Shown in pieces: positions 28,356-32,000 of a stretch of DNA of 32,000 nucleotides. Within the stretch, counting starts at the first letter, position 1, and the number at the start of each line of letters is the position of its first letter. Source of the DNA: Raphidiopsis brookii D9 (GTDB taxonomy: Bacteria > Cyanobacteriota > Cyanobacteriia > Cyanobacteriales > Nostocaceae). A model generated the notes under the pieces. The model was not told where the DNA came from, did not search any database, and was given only the letters and a program-made list of their open reading frames with translations. The stretch spans positions 1-32,000 of the forward strand of contig ACYB01000016.1 of assembly GCA_000175855.1 (NCBI GenBank), given 5' to 3'. Position numbers and translations under genes: made by a program.

Positions 28356-28738
28356 ATGCCAACAATACAGCAGCTAATACGTAGTGAGCGCGAACTAGCG
28401 CGTCAGAAAACCAAATCCCCTGCTCTGAAGCAATGTCCTCAACGTAGAGGAGTGTGTACCAGGGTATATACAACCACCCCAAAAAGCCCAACTCAGCTCT
28501 GCGGAAAGTGGCAAGGGTGAGACTGACCTCCGGATTTGAGGTAACGGCTTATATTCCGGGAATTGGTCACAACTTGCAGGAACACTCGGTGGTGATGATT
28601 CGTGGTGGTCGAGTAAAAGATTTGCCTGGGGTCAGATACCACATTATCCGTGGCACCCTAGATACAGCTGGAGTGAAAGACCGGAAGCAAGGACGTTCCA
28701 AATATGGAACCAAACGCCCGAAACAAACCAAAAAATAG
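28356..28738 (+). CDS. rpsL: 30S ribosomal protein S12; reading frame broken in this sequence by a 1-nt deficit in an A-run
   Basis: From ATG 28356 the sequence reads [43 protein letters not shown]. The run at 28481-28485 has 5 A's where PKKPNS needs 6. The remainder, [60 protein letters not shown]..., is in the next frame (ORF-track 28454-28738). Confidence 0.9.
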
Positions 28739-28897
28739 GTTTTAGGCGATTGATTATCTCAGGATTAATCGCCTTAACTGACACCCTAGCAGTGTGTTGT
28801 GGAAGAAAGCTTTCAGTGTTTGATAGAGAGTGAAGATGTTCTGATAACATATAATCTCGTAGTTTCGTTACTAAAATTTCCAGTTTAAGGATGAAGT

Positions 28898-29368
28898 ATG
28901 TCTCGTCGTGGTGTTAGTCAAAAGCGGCCAGTTCCGCCAGACTCAGTGTACAATAGCCGCCTTGTCAGTATGATTATGCGGCGGGTAATGCGTCATGGCA
29001 AAAAGTCTTTGGCCGCTAGAATAGTTTATGATGCCTTCAAGACAATTGAAGATAGAACAGGTGGTAGCCCCCTAGAGGTATTTGAGAGGGCAGTGCGTAA
29101 TGCCACCCCTCTAGTAGAAGTAAAAGCTAGAAGGGTAGGTGGTGCGACCTATCAAGTACCAATGGAAGTTCGGGCGGACCGGGGAACAGCTTTAGCGCTA
29201 AGATGGTTGGTGCAATTTTCAAGATCGCGCCCAGGTCGCACCATGGCCAGTAGACTGGCCAATGAGCTAATGGACGCATCTAACGAAACAGGAAGTGCCA
29301 TTCGTAAGCGGGAAGAAACTCACCGCATGGCGGAAGCAAATAAAGCATTTGCACACTACCGTTATTAA
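28898..29368 (+). CDS. rpsG: 30S ribosomal protein S7
   Basis: [25 protein letters not shown]...[19 protein letters not shown]...NKAFAHYRY. 156 aa. Confidence 0.95.
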   Translation: MSRRGVSQKRPVPPDSVYNSRLVSMIMRRVMRHGKKSLAARIVYDAFKTIEDRTGGSPLEVFERAVRNATPLVEVKARRVGGATYQVPMEVRADRGTALALRWLVQFSRSRPGRTMASRLANELMDASNETGSAIRKREETHRMAEANKAFAHYRY

Positions 29369-29382
29369 GTGAGATATGCACC

Positions 29383-29412
29383 GATATATCCTCAGTTTGT
29401 GAGGAGTATATC
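29383..29412 (+). other. Stem-loop in the rpsG-fusA spacer
   Basis: GATATATCCTCA (29383-29394) pairs with TGAGGAGTATATC (29400-29412): 12 bp with one bulged G and a 5-nt loop GTTTG. There is no U-tract. Confidence 0.4.
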
Positions 29413-29511
29413 GCTAAATTCCCGCCTAAGACGGTTTTCCGTAAAAGTATAGAATCTTAACAAAGAGTAATATACAAGATATGATGGCACTATAATTATT
29501 AGGAGGTAAAT

Positions 29512-31590
29512 GTGGCACGCACAAACCCGCTGGAGAAAGTACGCAATATCGGTATTGCGGCGCACATAGATGCGGGCAAAACTACAACAACAGAGAGAAT
29601 ACTATTTTACTCTGGGATAATTCATAAAATTGGCGAAGTTCACGAAGGAACAGCCGTAACCGACTGGATGGAGCAGGAAAGGGAAAGGGGAATTACCATC
29701 ACCGCTGCTGCTATTAGTACCAGTTGGAAAGATCATCAAATTAACATTATTGACACTCCTGGTCACGTAGACTTCACCATAGAAGTGGAACGTTCCATGC
29801 GGGTGTTGGATGGGGTGATAGCCGTATTTTGTTCTGTGGGTGGAGTTCAACCCCAGTCCGAAACTGTATGGCGTCAAGCGGATCGCTATAAAGTGCCTCG
29901 TATAGCTTTCATTAACAAGATGGATCGCACAGGAGCGAATTTCTACAAAGTGCATGAGCAAATGTGCGATCGCCTGCGTGCTAATGCCATAGCCATCCAA
30001 CTTCCCATAGGTAGCGAGAGCGAGTTCCAAGGCATTGTAGATTTGGTGCGGATGCGTGCATATATTTACACTAATGACCAAGGGACAGATATTCAGGAAA
30101 CAGAAATTCCAGCTGAATTAGCAGAGCAAGCGGCAGAGTATCGAGTAAAGCTGATTGAAGCAGTAGCAGAAACAGAAGATGCTCTGATGGAAAAGTATTT
30201 TGCGGGTGAGGATCTCACCGAAGCGGAAATTCGTAGTGCCCTGAGAAAGGGAACAGTTTCTGGAACAATTGTACCAGTTCTTTGTGGTTCAGCCTTCAAA
30301 AACAAAGGCGTACAGTTGATGTTGGATGCAGTGGTAGATTACCTACCAGCGCCAATAGATGTACCAGCAATTCAAGGTACACTGCCCAACGGGGATACAG
30401 TAGAGCGGAGAGCTGAGGATAGCCAACCTCTATCAGCTTTAGCCTTCAAAATTATGGCAGATCCCTATGGAAGACTGACCTTTGTTCGGGTTTACTCTGG
30501 CGTGCTGAAGAAAGGTAGTTACGTACTTAATGCTACCAAAGGTAAGAAAGAACGGATTTCTAGACTGGTAGTACTAAAAGCGGATGAGCGTCAGGACGTA
30601 GAAGAACTGCGTGCTGGTGACCTAGGAGCAGCAGTAGGGTTAAAAGACACCTTGACAGGTGACACCCTATGTGATGAAGGATCCCCAGTAATTCTGGAGT
30701 CCCTATTTATTCCCGAGCCGGTTATTTCCGTCGCGGTAGAGCCTAAGACCAAGAATGATATGGATAAGCTTTCCAAAGCTTTACAGGCTCTTTCAGAAGA
30801 GGATCCCACCTTCCGGGTTAGTGTGGACCCAGAAACCAATCAGACGGTAATTGCTGGTATGGGGGAACTGCACCTAGAAATTCTGGTAGACCGGATGTTA
30901 AGGGAATTCAAGGTAGAGGCCAACGTGGGTGCACCCCAGGTAGCCTACCGAGAAACCATCCGCAAAGCCGTCAACAGAATCGAGGGCAAATTTATCCGTC
31001 AAAGTGGCGGTAAAGGTCAATATGGTCACGTAGTCATTGACTTAGAACCGGGTGAACCTGGGACTGGCTTTGAATTCGTCTCCAAAATAGTTGGTGGTGT
31101 GGTTCCCAAAGAATACATTGGACCATCGGAGCAGGGTATGAAAGAATGCTGCGAATCCGGTGTATTAGCTGGGTATCCACTCATTGATGTGAAGGCTACC
31201 CTAATAGATGGTTCTTACCATGATGTAGACTCTTCAGAAATGGCCTTCAAAATTGCTGGGTCCATGGCTATGAAAGAAGCTGTGGCAAAAGCCTCACCCG
31301 TGCTGTTAGAACCCATGATGAAAGTTGAGGTAGAAGTACCTGAGAACTTCCTGGGTGATGTGATGGGGGATTTAAACTCTCGTCGCGGACAAATTGAGGG
31401 CATGGGTTCGGAACAGGGACTGGCTAAGGTAACTGCTAAAGTACCCCTAGCGGAAATGTTTGGCTATGCTACAGATATCCGGTCTAAAACTCAAGGACGG
31501 GGTATTTTTTCTATGGAATTTAGCCATTACGATGAAGTACCTCGCAACGTGGCTGAGGCAATTATCGCAAAAAGCAAAGGGAACGCATAA
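29512..31590 (+). CDS. fusA: Elongation factor G
   Basis: GTG start with AGGAGG 8 nt upstream. [25 protein letters not shown] and NKMDR. 692 aa. Confidence 0.95.
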   Translation: MARTNPLEKVRNIGIAAHIDAGKTTTTERILFYSGIIHKIGEVHEGTAVTDWMEQERERGITITAAAISTSWKDHQINIIDTPGHVDFTIEVERSMRVLDGVIAVFCSVGGVQPQSETVWRQADRYKVPRIAFINKMDRTGANFYKVHEQMCDRLRANAIAIQLPIGSESEFQGIVDLVRMRAYIYTNDQGTDIQETEIPAELAEQAAEYRVKLIEAVAETEDALMEKYFAGEDLTEAEIRSALRKGTVSGTIVPVLCGSAFKNKGVQLMLDAVVDYLPAPIDVPAIQGTLPNGDTVERRAEDSQPLSALAFKIMADPYGRLTFVRVYSGVLKKGSYVLNATKGKKERISRLVVLKADERQDVEELRAGDLGAAVGLKDTLTGDTLCDEGSPVILESLFIPEPVISVAVEPKTKNDMDKLSKALQALSEEDPTFRVSVDPETNQTVIAGMGELHLEILVDRMLREFKVEANVGAPQVAYRETIRKAVNRIEGKFIRQSGGKGQYGHVVIDLEPGEPGTGFEFVSKIVGGVVPKEYIGPSEQGMKECCESGVLAGYPLIDVKATLIDGSYHDVDSSEMAFKIAGSMAMKEAVAKASPVLLEPMMKVEVEVPENFLGDVMGDLNSRRGQIEGMGSEQGLAKVTAKVPLAEMFGYATDIRSKTQGRGIFSMEFSHYDEVPRNVAEAIIAKSKGNA

Positions 31591-31608
31591 TTAAAAAAGG
31601 AGATATAC

Positions 31609-32000
31609 ATGGCACGCGCAAAGTTTGAAAGGACGAAACCTCACGTTAATATTGGTACCGTTGGCCACGTTGACCACGGTAAAACAACTTTAACAGCAGC
31701 TATTACCATGACCTTGGCCGCTTTGGGTCAAGCAGTGGCTAAGGGCTATGACCAAATTGATAATGCTCCCGAAGAAAAAGCTCGGGGTATTACCATCAAC
31801 ACTGCCCACGTTGAGTATGAAACAGAAAACCGTCACTATGCTCATGTGGATTGTCCAGGACACGCTGACTACGTGAAGAATATGATCACTGGTGCTGCAC
31901 AAATGGATGGAGGTATTTTAGTAGTAGCTGCTACTGATGGACCTATGCCTCAAACTCGTGAACACATTCTTCTAGCAAAACAAGTGGGTGTTCCTAGCTT
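31609..32000 (+). CDS. tuf: Elongation factor Tu, 5' portion (continues beyond the window)
   Basis: Not in the ORF track because it is open-ended. From ATG 31609, with AAGGAG upstream, it reads [33 protein letters not shown]...[21 protein letters not shown]... Confidence 0.95.
   Translation, partial: MARAKFERTKPHVNIGTVGHVDHGKTTLTAAITMTLAALGQAVAKGYDQIDNAPEEKARGITINTAHVEYETENRHYAHVDCPGHADYVKNMITGAAQMDGGILVVAATDGPMPQTREHILLAKQVGVPS

Noticed and set aside
28356-28738. Programmed ribosomal frameshifting in rpsL
   Set aside because: No such mechanism is known for S12. The break lies in a plain A-run with no downstream stimulatory structure that I can see, and two other genes in the window break at homopolymers as well. 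A homopolymer-length error is the simpler explanation.

Overview
AT-rich chromosomal segment of a cyanobacterium. By eye I count at least 13 exact HIP1 palindromes (GCGATCGC). It also carries ferredoxin-dependent GOGAT, a ferrochelatase with a CAB tail, DUF29 and an NtcA-type box. Gene content looks like a filamentous, Nostocales-type genome, but the species cannot be set without a database search. Most of the window is housekeeping. Left to right: the 3' part of a Calx-beta/DUF4114 exoprotein; a zinc-ribbon Ser/Thr kinase fused to a GTPase and a DUF697 membrane module; a nucleotidyltransferase and a small conserved gene; aat; def; DUF29; a seven-module Mrp cation/proton antiporter operon (C, D+E, F, G, A-like, B); a P-loop ATPase-like protein; ilvC; a SAM methyltransferase; hemH; purB; a decayed ArnT/ArnC/ArnE-like glycosylation locus; a NodB-type deacetylase; glsF; a phosphodiester glycosidase family protein; a cupin; a HesB/IscA protein; and the str operon (rpsL-rpsG-fusA-tuf, with tuf running off the 3' edge). 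I find no rRNA, tRNA, CRISPR array, transposase or integrase, and no convincing multi-gene novel system. The points most worth a second look are: (1) the kinase-GTPase-DUF697 fusion; (2) three single-nucleotide frameshifts, each in a short homopolymer run, hitting rpsL (essential), mrpB and a small SMR/EamA-like transporter, which suggests homopolymer sequencing errors rather than biology; (3) a deletion scar that truncates two divergent glycosyltransferase genes at once; (4) an in-frame MrpD-MrpE fusion; (5) a perfect GTA-N8-TAC NtcA box created or duplicated by a 16-bp tandem repeat upstream of glsF; (6) a shared palindromic repeat at two convergent gene ends. All protein calls rest on motif recognition by eye, not on database searches.
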